The notes beneath the pieces are model-generated. The model did no database searches. It saw nothing but the letters and a program-made list of their open reading frames with translations, and was not told the DNA's origin. A program made the position numbers and the translations under genes. A DNA stretch of 32,000 nt from Cereibacter sphaeroides 2.4.1 (GTDB lineage Bacteria > Pseudomonadota > Alphaproteobacteria > Rhodobacterales > Rhodobacteraceae). The stretch's first letter is position 1. Each line of letters starts with the position of its first letter. The stretch lies in NCBI RefSeq assembly GCF_000012905.2, contig NC_007494.2:630001-662000 (forward strand). Reading direction: 5' to 3'. Below are positions 6,498-16,736 of the stretch, piece after piece.

Positions 6498-8765
6498 TCA
6501 TCCGCACTTGGAGAAGCCGCAGCTGGCGCAGGTCATGCAGCCTTCCACCATGCGGAGGTCGTAGCTGCCGCAGGAGGAGCAGGCCTTGGCCTTCACCCCC
6601 AAGACCTGCACATCGGCATGAGGGTCGGTCTTCAGACCCATGCCCTCGCCCTCGATGAAGCCGATCGCGATCAGGTGGCGCTCGATCACGCCGCCGATGG
6701 CTGCTAGGATCGAGGGAATGTAGCGCCCCTCCATCCAGGCGCCGCCGCGGGGGTCGAAGACCGCCTTCAGCTCCTCGACCACGAAGGAAATGTCGCCGCC
6801 GCGCCGGAAGACGGCCGAGATCATCCGCGTGAGCGCCACCGTCCAGGCGAAATGCTCCATGTTCTTCGAGTTGATGAACACTTCGAACGGCCGGCGGTGG
6901 CCGGAGATGACGATGTCGTTCACCGTGATGTAGAGCGCATGTTCCGAGCCCGGCCATTTCACCTTGTAGGTCGCGCCCTCAAGGGCTGCGGGGCGGTCGA
7001 GCGGATCGGTGAGATAGACCACCTCGCCGCCCTTGGGCTCGGGCGCCTCGGCCGGAGCCGCCTGCCCCGCCTCGGAGACCGAGAGCACCGAGCCCGTCAC
7101 CTCGTTCGGCCGATAGGTCGTGCAGCCCTTGCAGCCCTGATCCCAGGCCGCGAGGTAGACGTCGGCGAATTCCTCGAAACCGATATCTTCCGGGCAGTTG
7201 ATCGTCTTGGAAATCGAACTGTCGATCCATTTCTGCGCCGCCGCCTGCATCCGCACATGTTCGAGCGGCGCCAGCGTCTGGGCATTCACGAAATAGTCCG
7301 GCAGCGGGGCGTCGCCCATCTGTTCGCGCCAGAGGCGGACGGCGTAATCGACGACCTCCTCCTCGGTGCGGCTTCCGTCCTTCTGCAGCACCTTGCGCTT
7401 GTAGGCATAGGCGAAGACCGGCTCGATCCCCGACGAGACGTTGCCGGCGTAGAGGCTGATCGTGCCGGTGGGGGCGATCGAGGTCAGCAGCGCGTTGCGG
7501 ATGCCGTGGGTGCGGATCGCCGCGCGCACATCCTCGTCCATATGGGTGAGCGAGCCCGACCCGAGATACTTGTCGGCCTCGAACAGCGGGAAGGCGCCCT
7601 TCTCGCGCGCGAGATCCGCAGAGGCGAGATAGGCCGAGCGCGCGATGGCCTTCATCCAGGCCTCGGTCCGGGCGGCGGCTTCTTCCGAGCCGTAGCGCAG
7701 CCCCACCATCAGCAGGGCATCCGCAAGGCCCGTCACGCCGAGGCCGATCCGGCGCTTCATCTGCGCCTCGCGCGCCTGTTCGGGCAGCGGGAAGCGCGAG
7801 GCATCCACCACATTGTCCATCATCCGGACGGCAAGGCGCACCAGCTCGTCCAGCTCGGCTAGATCGAGCTCCGCCCCGTCGGAAAACGGTTTCGCGACCA
7901 GCCGGGCGAGGTTCACCGAGCCGAGAAGGCAGGCGCCATAGGGCGGCAGCGGCTGCTCGCCGCAGGGGTTGGTGGCAGAGATCGTCTCGCAGTAGGCGAG
8001 ATTGTTCATCTGGTTGATGCGGTCGATGAAAATCACGCCCGGCTCGGCGAAATCGTAGGTGGAACGCATGATGCGGTTCCAGAGGTCGCGCGCCTGCAGC
8101 GTCCTGTAGACCTTGCCGCCGAAGGTGAGCTCCCACGGGCCGTCCGCCTTCACGGCCTCCATGAAGGCGTCGGTCACGAGAACCGAGAGGTTGAACATCC
8201 GCAGCCGGGCCGGGTCTTTCTTGGCTTCGATGAAACTCTCGATGTCGGGATGGTCGCAGCGCATCGTGGCCATCATGGCGCCGCGCCGCGAGCCTGCCGA
8301 CATGATCGTCCGGCACATCGCATCCCAGACATCCATGAAGGAAAGGGGCCCCGAGGCGTCGGCGGCGACGCCCTTCACCTCGGCGCCGCGCGGGCGGATG
8401 GTCGAGAAGTCATAGCCGATCCCGCCGCCCTGCTGCATCGTCAGCGCCGCTTCCTTCAGCGCGTCGAAGATACCCGCCATGCTGTCCGGGACGGTGCCCA
8501 TGACGAAGCAGTTGAAGAGCGTGACCGTGCGCCCGGTGCCCGCCCCAGCGGTGATCCGGCCGGCCGGCAGGAAGCGGAAATCCTCGAGCGCGCTGTAGAA
8601 CCGATCCTCCCAAAGCGCAGGCTCGGCCTCGACTTCGGCCAGCGCCCGCGCGATCCGCCGCCAGGTATCTTCGACCGATCCGTCGACCGGATGGCCCGCG
8701 CCATCCTTCAGGCGATACTTCATATCCCAGATCTGCTCGGCGATGGGGGCATGGAATCGGGACAT
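6498..8765 (-). CDS. nrdJ: Class II (adenosylcobalamin-dependent) ribonucleotide reductase
   Basis: 755 aa. Typical class II RNR blocks are present (FLPAGRI, LFNCFV, QGGGIGYDFS.IRP, ATNPCGEQPLPPYGACLLGS) plus a C-terminal Cys-rich tail, CSSCGSYDLRMVEGCMTCASCGFSKCG. Confidence 0.95.
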   Translation of the reverse strand: MSRFHAPIAEQIWDMKYRLKDGAGHPVDGSVEDTWRRIARALAEVEAEPALWEDRFYSALEDFRFLPAGRITAGAGTGRTVTLFNCFVMGTVPDSMAGIFDALKEAALTMQQGGGIGYDFSTIRPRGAEVKGVAADASGPLSFMDVWDAMCRTIMSAGSRRGAMMATMRCDHPDIESFIEAKKDPARLRMFNLSVLVTDAFMEAVKADGPWELTFGGKVYRTLQARDLWNRIMRSTYDFAEPGVIFIDRINQMNNLAYCETISATNPCGEQPLPPYGACLLGSVNLARLVAKPFSDGAELDLAELDELVRLAVRMMDNVVDASRFPLPEQAREAQMKRRIGLGVTGLADALLMVGLRYGSEEAAARTEAWMKAIARSAYLASADLAREKGAFPLFEADKYLGSGSLTHMDEDVRAAIRTHGIRNALLTSIAPTGTISLYAGNVSSGIEPVFAYAYKRKVLQKDGSRTEEEVVDYAVRLWREQMGDAPLPDYFVNAQTLAPLEHVRMQAAAQKWIDSSISKTINCPEDIGFEEFADVYLAAWDQGCKGCTTYRPNEVTGSVLSVSEAGQAAPAEAPEPKGGEVVYLTDPLDRPAALEGATYKVKWPGSEHALYITVNDIVISGHRRPFEVFINSKNMEHFAWTVALTRMISAVFRRGGDISFVVEELKAVFDPRGGAWMEGRYIPSILAAIGGVIERHLIAIGFIEGEGMGLKTDPHADVQVLGVKAKACSSCGSYDLRMVEGCMTCASCGFSKCG

Positions 8766-8880
8766 GGGCAGATCCTTGGGCTTGTGGTTCTCAGGGAGGA
8801 GTTGCCCAAGATATGCCCATGGGCGGGAGCGGTCAAACGTAAAGAGCCATGTCCGGGGCGCTTGGAGGCCGGGGCCCGCG

Positions 8881-8896
8881 CGTCTATATGATGGTC
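8881..8896. promoter_or_regulatory. Weak NrdR-box-like element (cgtCTATATgATGgtc) upstream of nrdJ
   Basis: 8 of the 10 core positions match the NrdR box consensus acaCwAtATaTwGtgt as I remember it. A weaker second match is centred near 8811. The centres are about 77 bp apart rather than the usual ~31-32 bp. Confidence 0.15.
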
Positions 8897-8916
8897 CTCT
8901 GCGGCGGAGAATCCCC

Positions 8917-9348
8917 TTGTCCGATCATGTGAACATTCTCAAGCTCTGCGTGGGCGCAGAGGCGGTCGAAGACCTTCTCGACTGGCAGAAGAGCCAGCGC
9001 GCCCGTTGGCCGGACGGCTTTCCGCGCCATGTCACGCGCATGTGGCCGAAGCGCGAGGCCGAGGTGCTGGCCGGGGGCTCGCTCTACTGGGTGTTCAAGG
9101 GGCTCGTGCTGGCGCGCCAGCCCATCGTCGGGCTCGAATCCGTGACGGGTGCCGACGGGATCGCGCGCTGCGCACTGGTGCTTGAACCGGAGGTGATCCG
9201 CACCGTCCCTGCCCCGCGGCGCCCGTTCCAGGGCTGGCGCTATCTCTCGCCCGAAGAGGCCCCGGCCGACCTGCCCAGGGACCGCGCCCGCGAGGAGCCG
9301 CTGCCGCCGGAACTGGCGCGGGCTCTGGCCGACATAGGCCTCAGGTAA
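8917..9348 (+). CDS. DUF1489 family protein
   Basis: The conserved N-terminus ..NILKLCVGAEAVEDLLDWQ and the overall size are typical of DUF1489. Start chosen at TTG 8917 (GGAGA at 8906-8910, 6-nt spacer). GTG 8929 is an alternative. The tracked ORF start (8743) overlaps the nrdJ start region and looks spurious. Confidence 0.75.
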   Translation: MSDHVNILKLCVGAEAVEDLLDWQKSQRARWPDGFPRHVTRMWPKREAEVLAGGSLYWVFKGLVLARQPIVGLESVTGADGIARCALVLEPEVIRTVPAPRRPFQGWRYLSPEEAPADLPRDRAREEPLPPELARALADIGLR

Positions 9349-10051
9349 GCGCCTCGGGCAGGGGCAGGCCCAGCCGCGCGCCGAGCGCCGCGAAGGGCCC
9401 CGCGGCCTCGGACCAGTCGGCCCGGCGCGAGGCGAAGAGCACGGCCTGCGAACTGTGTACCAGCGCGTCGGAAAGGATTTTCAGGTGGTTCGCCCGCAGC
9501 GTCTCGCCCGACGAGGTGATGTCGGCGATGGCCTCGGCGGTTCCGTTTTTCACCGTGCCCTCGGTCGCGCCCTGGCTGTCCACCAGCTGATAATCCGCAA
9601 CCCCGTTGGCCATCAGGAACTCGCGCACGAGCCGGTGGTATTTGGTGGCGATCCGAAGCCGGAAGCCGTGGGCCGCGCGGAAGGCCGCGGCGGCGGCGTC
9701 GAGATCGTCGAGCGTATCCACATCGATCCAGAAGGCCGGCACCGCGATGATGAGATCGGCATGACCGAAGCCGAGCGGCGCCATCTCGGCCACCTGCAGC
9801 GACCAGTCCGCAAGCTTCTCGCGCACCAGATCGGACCCCGTCACCCCCAGATGGATCCGCCCGGCGCCGAGCTCGCGCGGGATCTCTCCCGCCGAGAGCA
9901 GCACGAGCTCGACCCCGTCCACCCCGTCGACGGCGCCGGAATATTCCCGCTCGGCCCCGGTCTGGCGCATGGTCACGCCGCGCGCGCCGAACCAGTCGAA
10001 GGTCTTTTCCATCAGCCGGCCCTTCGAGGGCACCCCGATCTTCAGCGTCAT
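9341..10051 (-). CDS. hisG: ATP phosphoribosyltransferase, short form
   Basis: [21 protein letters not shown]...GVTGSDLVRE...IATKYHRLVREF...SQGATEG...AIADITSSGETLRAN is a classical short HisG. Its ATG overlaps the hisZ stop (ATGA at 10048-10051). Confidence 0.95.
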   Translation of the reverse strand: MTLKIGVPSKGRLMEKTFDWFGARGVTMRQTGAEREYSGAVDGVDGVELVLLSAGEIPRELGAGRIHLGVTGSDLVREKLADWSLQVAEMAPLGFGHADLIIAVPAFWIDVDTLDDLDAAAAAFRAAHGFRLRIATKYHRLVREFLMANGVADYQLVDSQGATEGTVKNGTAEAIADITSSGETLRANHLKILSDALVHSSQAVLFASRRADWSEAAGPFAALGARLGLPLPEALT

Positions 10052-11145
10052 GCGAGCCCCTTCAGCCTGGCCACGAGGCCCGGGCGGATCACGCCCCCGA
10101 TGGCCGGGATGGACCGCCCCTGCCCCAGCACCGCCGTCAGCGCGTCGTAACGCCCGCCGGTGGAGACCGGCGGCAGCCCTGCGTCGGCGGCGTGGAAGCT
10201 GAAGACGAATCCGTCGTAATATTCGAGCGAGCTCTGGCCGTGGCTGGCGTCGAACGGCAGCCGCTCGACCGCGATCCCGCGGGCCGCCAGCGCGGCGAGA
10301 CGGCGGCCGAACCGCGCCACCGAGGGCTCGAGCGCGGGCATCCGCCGCGCCAGCGCCTCGAGGCGGCCGAGCGCCGCAGCCGCCGGAGCTTCGAGCGACA
10401 GCAGATCGTCGAGCACCGCGGCCTCCTCGGCCCCGAGCGGCGCGGCTTCGGCATCCTCGATCAGCGCCGCGGCGCGGGCCTCGATCTCGCAGGGCTCGCG
10501 GAGCCCGATGGCCGGGCCCGCGGCCTCCATCAGCGCGACGGCGCTCGCCCCGGCCAGCCGGTCGAGCAGCCGCAGCCGCGCCTCGGGCACCGGCGTGCGC
10601 CCGGCGAACCGGTCGAGCAGCGCGCGGAACCGCGTGGGCCGCCAGACATGCCGCAGAAGCGCCGCCTTGCGCTTCTCGGTGGTCGAGAGACCGCGCACCG
10701 CAGCCATCAGGATGCCGATGTCGCCGGTGGCCGCCTGAAGGCCCAGAGGCGCCAGCAGCTCGGCGATCAGCGCGAAGACCTCGGCATCGGCGGCCTCGGG
10801 CTCAGTGCGGTCGAACAGTTCGAAGCCCACCTGCAGATATTCCGACGCCCGGGGCCCCGCATGTTCCTGCCGCCGGAAGACCTCGCCCATGTAGGTGTAG
10901 CGCGCGGGCTCGGCCCCTTCGGCCATATGGGCCTGCACCACGGGCACGGTGAAGTCGGGGCGCAGCATCATCTCGCCCCGGAGCGGGTCCGAGGTGACAT
11001 AGGCCCGCGCCCGGATGTCCTCGCCGTAAAGATCGAGGAGCGTGCCCGCGGGCAGCAGGATGTCCGCCTCGACCGGCAGCGCCCCCGCCGCCTGAAAGGC
11101 CGCGAACAGCGCCTCGGCCTCGGCGCGGACCGCGGCCTTGGTCAC
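10048..11145 (-). CDS. hisZ: ATP phosphoribosyltransferase regulatory subunit (HisRS paralogue)
   Basis: HisS-like class II core lacking an anticodon-binding domain, located between hisS and short-form hisG. Start placed at GTG 11145, which overlaps the hisS stop (GTGA at 11142-11145). The tracked start at 11217 would overlap hisS by 76 nt. Confidence 0.85.
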   Translation of the reverse strand: MTKAAVRAEAEALFAAFQAAGALPVEADILLPAGTLLDLYGEDIRARAYVTSDPLRGEMMLRPDFTVPVVQAHMAEGAEPARYTYMGEVFRRQEHAGPRASEYLQVGFELFDRTEPEAADAEVFALIAELLAPLGLQAATGDIGILMAAVRGLSTTEKRKAALLRHVWRPTRFRALLDRFAGRTPVPEARLRLLDRLAGASAVALMEAAGPAIGLREPCEIEARAAALIEDAEAAPLGAEEAAVLDDLLSLEAPAAAALGRLEALARRMPALEPSVARFGRRLAALAARGIAVERLPFDASHGQSSLEYYDGFVFSFHAADAGLPPVSTGGRYDALTAVLGQGRSIPAIGGVIRPGLVARLKGLA

Positions 11146-12626
11146 GAGAGCATGTCCTGCACCGCCCGGACGAGATCCGCCCGCGGCACCTCGACCTGCG
11201 CTGGCCGGCTCTTCCATTCCTCGAGGCTCGCGCCGGCCGCGATCTGCGCGCCGAGCACCAGATCCTTCAGCACCACGACCCCGCGCGCGGCCTCGTCCGA
11301 CCCCTGGATGACCGCCACCGGAGACTTCCGCGCATCCGCATATTTCAGCTGGTTGCCGAAGTTCTTCGGATTGCCGAGATAGAGTTCGGCCCGGAGGCCC
11401 GCGCGGCGCAACTCGCCCACCATGGCCATGTAGTCGCCCATCCGGTCGCGGTCCATGACGGTCACCACCACCGGCCCCTGCGCCTCGGCCCCCGCACGAC
11501 CCTTGGCGCGCAGTGCCGCCAGCAGCCGGTCGACCCCGATCGAGACGCCGGTCGCCGGCACCGACTGGCCGGTGAAGCGCTTGACCAGATCGTCATAGCG
11601 CCCGCCGCCCGCGACCGAGCCGAACTGCCGCTTGCGGCCCTTCTCGTCGAGGATCTCGAAGGTAAGCTCGGCCTCGAACACCGGGCCGGTATAATAGCCG
11701 AGGCCCCGCACCACCGACGGATCCACCACGATCCGGTCGGGCCCGTAGCCCTGCACGTCAAGCAGTTCGGCGATGGTTTCGAGCTCCTGCACGCCCTCGC
11801 ACCCGAGGGTCGAGGCCCCCACCAGCTCGCGCAGCCGCGCAGCCGTCGCCGCGCCCGTGTCGCGCCTGGCGGCCATGAAGCCCATGACCACCTCGGCCTG
11901 CTCGTCCGAGAGCCCCGCGCCCTTGGTGAAATCGCCGCTCTCGTCCTTGCGGCCCGAGCCCAGCAGTGCGCGCACGCCCGTCTCACCCAGCCGGTCGATC
12001 TTGTCGATGGCGCGGAGCACGATGCCGCGCTCGGCCTCGAACTTCGCCGGGTCGGACGGGTCGAGCACGCCCGCCACCTCCATCACCCCGTTCAGGACCT
12101 TCCGGTTGTTCACCCGCACGATATAGTCGCCGCGGGGAATGCCCACGACTTCGAGCGCGTCCGACAGCATGGCGCAGATCTCGGCATCGGCCGCGACGCT
12201 CGCCGACCCCACCGTATCCGCGTCGCATTGATAGAACTGGCGGAACCGCCCCGGCCCCGGCTTCTCGTTGCGCCAGACCGGGCCCATCGCATAGCGCCGG
12301 TAGGGGCTCGGCAGGTCGTTGCGGAACTGCGCCGCGACCCGCGCCAGCGGCGCCGTCAGATCGTAGCGCAGCGCGAGCCAGTCGCCATCCTCGTCCTGCC
12401 AGCCGAAGACGCCCTCGTTCGGGCGATCCACATCGGGCAGGAACTTGCCCAGCGCCTCGACGGTCTCGACGGCCGAGGTTTCCAGCGGATCGAAGCCGTA
12501 GCGATGGTAGACCTCGGCCACGGCGTCGAGCATCGCCTTGCGCTCGGTCACATCCGCACCGAAATAGTCGCGGAAGCCCTTGGGCGTTTCCGCGCGCGGG
12601 CGGCGGGAAGCCTTGTCCTTGGCCAT
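11142..12626 (-). CDS. hisS: Histidine--tRNA ligase
   Basis: From [22 protein letters not shown] (ATG at 12626) onward this is a typical HisRS, 494 aa. The 212 upstream codons of the tracked ORF are Arg/Pro-rich high-GC read-through. Confidence 0.95.
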   Translation of the reverse strand: MAKDKASRRPRAETPKGFRDYFGADVTERKAMLDAVAEVYHRYGFDPLETSAVETVEALGKFLPDVDRPNEGVFGWQDEDGDWLALRYDLTAPLARVAAQFRNDLPSPYRRYAMGPVWRNEKPGPGRFRQFYQCDADTVGSASVAADAEICAMLSDALEVVGIPRGDYIVRVNNRKVLNGVMEVAGVLDPSDPAKFEAERGIVLRAIDKIDRLGETGVRALLGSGRKDESGDFTKGAGLSDEQAEVVMGFMAARRDTGAATAARLRELVGASTLGCEGVQELETIAELLDVQGYGPDRIVVDPSVVRGLGYYTGPVFEAELTFEILDEKGRKRQFGSVAGGGRYDDLVKRFTGQSVPATGVSIGVDRLLAALRAKGRAGAEAQGPVVVTVMDRDRMGDYMAMVGELRRAGLRAELYLGNPKNFGNQLKYADARKSPVAVIQGSDEAARGVVVLKDLVLGAQIAAGASLEEWKSRPAQVEVPRADLVRAVQDMLS

Positions 12627-12713
12627 GGATCGCACCCTTCGCTGTTCGTCGCGCGCGGTGTATCGGATGGGCGGGCCGCGGACAAGCGCCGGGCGAAACA
12701 CGAGGAGCAGACG

Positions 12714-12914
12714 ATGGACGAGCGGATCGAGGCGGCAGAGGTGCAGATCGCGCATCTGGTGCGCAGCGTCGAGGATCTTTCGGAGGTGGTGGCGCGGCAG
12801 GCGGGCGAGATCGCGCAGCTCCGCCGCCGCGTCGAGATGCTGCTCGAGCGCGAGGCCGAACGCGAGGCGGACGGGGTGGCGCTGATCGCCGACCAGCGCC
12901 CGCCGCATTACTGA
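12714..12914 (+). CDS. slyX: SlyX family protein (66 aa coiled coil)
   Basis: [49 protein letters not shown]... has the SlyX pattern. GGAG lies 7 nt upstream. The gene is divergent from hisS. Confidence 0.8.
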   Translation: MDERIEAAEVQIAHLVRSVEDLSEVVARQAGEIAQLRRRVEMLLEREAEREADGVALIADQRPPHY

Positions 12915-13062
12915 CGCCTGCGCCCTCGTGTCGCGCCAAGGGGCGGCTCCCGCGCGAAGCGAGACGGCCGGCTGAGCGCCGCCGACTTTGCCCGCCGTGC
13001 CGGTCGGTGTGGATCGGCCCAGCTGCGGGCCGTTGCTCTCGCCGTCGAGCCATAGGCGCGGG

Positions 13063-16000
13063 CTAGATCTCCTCGACCATCTCCACACCCGGCACGGCGC
13101 GGAGCGCGCTGCGGATCTGCGGCGAGACGGCGAAATCCTGACCGAGCTCGATGTCGATCTCCTGCCCGCCCGACGGATCGCGGACGCAGATCCGCACCGG
13201 CGCCCGGGCGCGGCCCTGCGCACGGGCCAGCAGCGCCGCCACCGAGGCCGCGGCCTCGGCACGGTCGAGATGGACGCGCAGGCTCATCGCGCCCGCATCG
13301 GCCGCCACCGCATCGATCGGCGAGACCCCGCGGGCGAGGAGCTTCAGACTGTCGCCCTCGAGCGTGGCCTCGACGGTCAGCACCACATGGCCGCCCGGCT
13401 CCAGCAGGTCGCGCGCCTGCTCGAGCACATCCGAAAAGACGGTGCATTCGTAGAGCCCCGTCGGATCCGAAAGCTGGACGAAGGCGAACCGGTTGCCCTT
13501 GGCCGACTTCTTCTCCTGCCGCGACGAGACGGCACCGGCGAGCTTGGCCACCATGGGCCCCCGCTGCGCCAGATCGGTCAGCGCGGCAAGCGTGGTGACG
13601 TTGCGCCGCTTCAGCGCCCCCATGTAATCGTCGAGCGGATGGCCCGAGAGATAGAAGCCGATCGCCTGATGCTCCTGCGCCAGTCGCTCGACCGGCAGCC
13701 AGTCGTCGCGCGACGGCAGCCGCGGCTCGGGGATGTCCGCCCCTGCTTCGCCGAACAGCGACACCTGGCTCGAATTTAGCGCTTCGTGAATGGCGGCGGA
13801 ATAGGCCACCAGCGCATCCAGCGCCTCGAACACCCGGGCACGGTTGCGGTCGAGCGCGTCGAAAGCCCCGGCGCGCGCCAGCATCTCGAGAGGACGCTTG
13901 CCGATCCGCTTCAGCTCCACCCGCCGCGCCATGTCGAAGAGCGTGGCGAAGGGCCGGTCGCCGCGGGCCTCGACGATGAGCCGCATCGCCTCGACACCCA
14001 CATTCTTCAGCGCGCCGAGCGCATAGACCACCGCGCCGTCGCGCACCGTGAAGGTGGCGAGCGAGGCGTTCACGCAGGGCGCCACCGTGCGGATGCCGAG
14101 CTTGTCCACCTCGCGCTTGTAGACGGCGAGCTTGTCGGTCAGGTGGATATCGCAGTTCATCACCGCGGCCATGAACTCGACCGGATGGTTCGCCTTCAGC
14201 CAGGCGGTCTGGTAGCTCACGACCGCATAGGCGGCGGCGTGGGACTTGTTGAAGCCGTAGTTCGCGAATTTCTCAAGCAGGTCGAAGACTTCGCCGGCTT
14301 TCTTCGCGTCGATTCCGTGGGTCTTCTTTGCGCCTTCGATGAACTTCGGGCGCTCCTTGGCCATCTCTTCGGCGATCTTCTTGCCCATGGCGCGGCGCAG
14401 AAGGTCCGCGCCGCCGAGCGTATAGCCCCCCATGACCTGCGCGATCTGCATCACCTGTTCCTGATAGACGATGATGCCCTGCGTCTCCTTCAGGATCGGG
14501 TCGATGGTCGGATGCAGGCTCTCGAGATCGCGCAGCCCGTGCTTCACCTCGCAATAGACCGGGATGTTCTCCATCGGCCCCGGCCGGTAAAGCGCCACCA
14601 GCGCCACGATATCCTCGATGCAGGTGGGCTTCATGCGTCGCAGCGCATCCATCATGCCCGAGCTTTCGACCTGGAACACCGCCACGGTCTTGGCCTGCGC
14701 ATAGAGCTCGTAGGTGGCCTTGTCCTCGAGCGGGATATGCCCGATGTCGTTCTCGGCTCCCGGCGGCGGATCGTAGAGCACCCGCCCGTCCGCAGCCATG
14801 TGCAGGGGCCGCCCCGTGCCGCGGATCAGATCGATCGCGTTCTGGATCACCGTCAGCGTCTTGAGGCCGAGGAAGTCGAACTTCACCAGCCCCGCGGCTT
14901 CCACCCATTTCATGTTGAACTGGGTAGCCGGCATGTCCGAGCGCGGATCCTGATAGAGCGGCACCAGCTCGTCGAGCGGCCGGTCGCCGATCACCACGCC
15001 CGCGGCATGGGTCGAGGCGTTGCGCAGAAGCCCCTCGATCTGCATCCCGTAGTCCAGAAGCCGCTTCACCACCTCCTCGGTCTTCGCGGCCTCGCGCAGC
15101 CGCGGCTCGTCGGCCAGCGCCTTCTGGATCGAGACGGGCTTCACCCCCTCGACCGGGATCATCTTCGACAGCCGGTCCACCTGCCCGTAGGGCATCTGGA
15201 GGACGCGCCCCACGTCGCGGACGGCGGCCTTCGAGAGGAGCGCGCCGAAGGTGATGATCTGCCCCACCTTGTCGCGGCCGTATTTCTCCTGGACGTAGCG
15301 GATCACCTCCTCGCGCCGGTCCATGCAGAAGTCGATGTCGAAGTCCGGCATCGACACCCGCTCGGGGTTCAGAAACCGCTCGAAGAGAAGCTGGTAACGC
15401 AAGGGGTCGAGGTCGGTGATCGTCAGCGCATAGGCCACGAGCGAGCCCGCGCCCGACCCCCGTCCCGGTCCCACCGGGATGCCGTTGGCCTTCCCCCACT
15501 TGATGAAGTCGGCCACGATCAGGAAGTAGCCCGGAAAGCCCATCTGCTCGATGATGCCGAGCTCGAAGGAGAGGCGCGCCTCATAGTCCTCGACGGGCGC
15601 CGCATGGGGGATCACGGCGAGGCGCGCGGCCAGCCCTTCCTTGGCCTGCCGCCGCAGCTCCTCCACCTCGTCATCGGCGAAGCGCGGCAGGATCGGCGGG
15701 CGCTTGGCCGCCTTGAAGGCGCAGCGGCGCGCGATCTCGACGGTGTTCTCCACCGCCTCGGGCAGGTCGGCGAACAGCGCGACCATCTCGGCCTCGGACT
15801 TGAAGTAATGCTGCGGCGTGAGCCGCCGCCGCGGCGCCACCTGATCGACATAGGCCCCTTCGGCGATGCAGATCAGCGCATCGTGCGCCTCATACATCTC
15901 GGGCTTCGGAAAATAGACGTCGTTCGTGGCCACGAGCGGCAGGCCCATCGCATAGGCCAGCTCGACATGCCCGGGTTCGGTCGCGCGCTCGGCCTCGGTC

Positions 16001-16554
16001 AGCCGCCCGCCCTCGCCCGGATGGCGCTGCAACTCGACATAGAGCCGCCCGGGATAGATCGCGGCGAGGCGGCCCAGCAGCGCCTCGGCCTTCGCCCGCT
16101 GCCCCTCGCGCAGATGCCGGCCCACCGGCCCGTCCGGCCCGCCGGTCAGGCAGATCAGCCCCTCCGCATGCCGCTCGAGTTCGGACGGCGTCACCTGCGG
16201 CAGCGCACCCTCCTTGCCGAGATAGAGGCAGGAGGAGAGCTTCATGAGGTTGCCGTAGCCCGTTTCGGTCTGGGCCAGCAGCACGACCGGCGCGGGCGGC
16301 TTCGGCCGCTCGCCCAGCGCCGCCGTCTCGTAGGCGACCGAGACCTGACAACCGACGATGGGCTGGATCCCTGCGCCGCTGGCCAGCACCGAGAATTCCA
16401 GCGCGGCGAACATGGCATTGGTATCCGTCACCGCCACGGCGGGCATGGCGGCGGCCGTGCAGAGGCCGATCAGCTTCTTCACCGGCACCGCGCCCTCGAG
16501 CAGCGAATATTCGGTATGGACGCGCAGATGGATGAATCGGGGAGCGTTCGACAT
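13063..16554 (-). CDS. dnaE: DNA polymerase III alpha subunit
   Basis: 1163 aa starting [23 protein letters not shown] (PHP domain), then the polymerase core and an OB-fold tail. Start at ATG 16554; the upstream part of the tracked ORF is discarded. Confidence 0.97.
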   Translation of the reverse strand: MSNAPRFIHLRVHTEYSLLEGAVPVKKLIGLCTAAAMPAVAVTDTNAMFAALEFSVLASGAGIQPIVGCQVSVAYETAALGERPKPPAPVVLLAQTETGYGNLMKLSSCLYLGKEGALPQVTPSELERHAEGLICLTGGPDGPVGRHLREGQRAKAEALLGRLAAIYPGRLYVELQRHPGEGGRLTEAERATEPGHVELAYAMGLPLVATNDVYFPKPEMYEAHDALICIAEGAYVDQVAPRRRLTPQHYFKSEAEMVALFADLPEAVENTVEIARRCAFKAAKRPPILPRFADDEVEELRRQAKEGLAARLAVIPHAAPVEDYEARLSFELGIIEQMGFPGYFLIVADFIKWGKANGIPVGPGRGSGAGSLVAYALTITDLDPLRYQLLFERFLNPERVSMPDFDIDFCMDRREEVIRYVQEKYGRDKVGQIITFGALLSKAAVRDVGRVLQMPYGQVDRLSKMIPVEGVKPVSIQKALADEPRLREAAKTEEVVKRLLDYGMQIEGLLRNASTHAAGVVIGDRPLDELVPLYQDPRSDMPATQFNMKWVEAAGLVKFDFLGLKTLTVIQNAIDLIRGTGRPLHMAADGRVLYDPPPGAENDIGHIPLEDKATYELYAQAKTVAVFQVESSGMMDALRRMKPTCIEDIVALVALYRPGPMENIPVYCEVKHGLRDLESLHPTIDPILKETQGIIVYQEQVMQIAQVMGGYTLGGADLLRRAMGKKIAEEMAKERPKFIEGAKKTHGIDAKKAGEVFDLLEKFANYGFNKSHAAAYAVVSYQTAWLKANHPVEFMAAVMNCDIHLTDKLAVYKREVDKLGIRTVAPCVNASLATFTVRDGAVVYALGALKNVGVEAMRLIVEARGDRPFATLFDMARRVELKRIGKRPLEMLARAGAFDALDRNRARVFEALDALVAYSAAIHEALNSSQVSLFGEAGADIPEPRLPSRDDWLPVERLAQEHQAIGFYLSGHPLDDYMGALKRRNVTTLAALTDLAQRGPMVAKLAGAVSSRQEKKSAKGNRFAFVQLSDPTGLYECTVFSDVLEQARDLLEPGGHVVLTVEATLEGDSLKLLARGVSPIDAVAADAGAMSLRVHLDRAEAAASVAALLARAQGRARAPVRICVRDPSGGQEIDIELGQDFAVSPQIRSALRAVPGVEMVEEI

Positions 16555-16736
16555 GGGGCGGAGCCTACAGAAGCCGCTCTCCCGCGGAAAGATGCTGCGC
16601 GCCGGGCGAGAGGACCCCCTTGCCATCGGGCGGTCCGGCAGGCTTTGATGGGTCCGAATTGTCGCAGGCCGCTTTACGCCGCATCGGGTGGCCTGCACCG
16701 GCGCAGCCGGACCCACAGAAGGCGGCAGGTTTTCAC

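Noticed and set aside
12627-13262. The N-terminal 212-codon extension of the hisS ORF. Similar upstream extensions exist for hisZ (to 11217), dnaE (to 16716), xdhA (from 16620) and DUF1489 (from 8743).
   Set aside because: The extensions are Arg/Pro-rich, overlap neighbouring genes or divergent promoters, and the conserved N-termini start at internal ATG/GTG codons that give canonical protein lengths.
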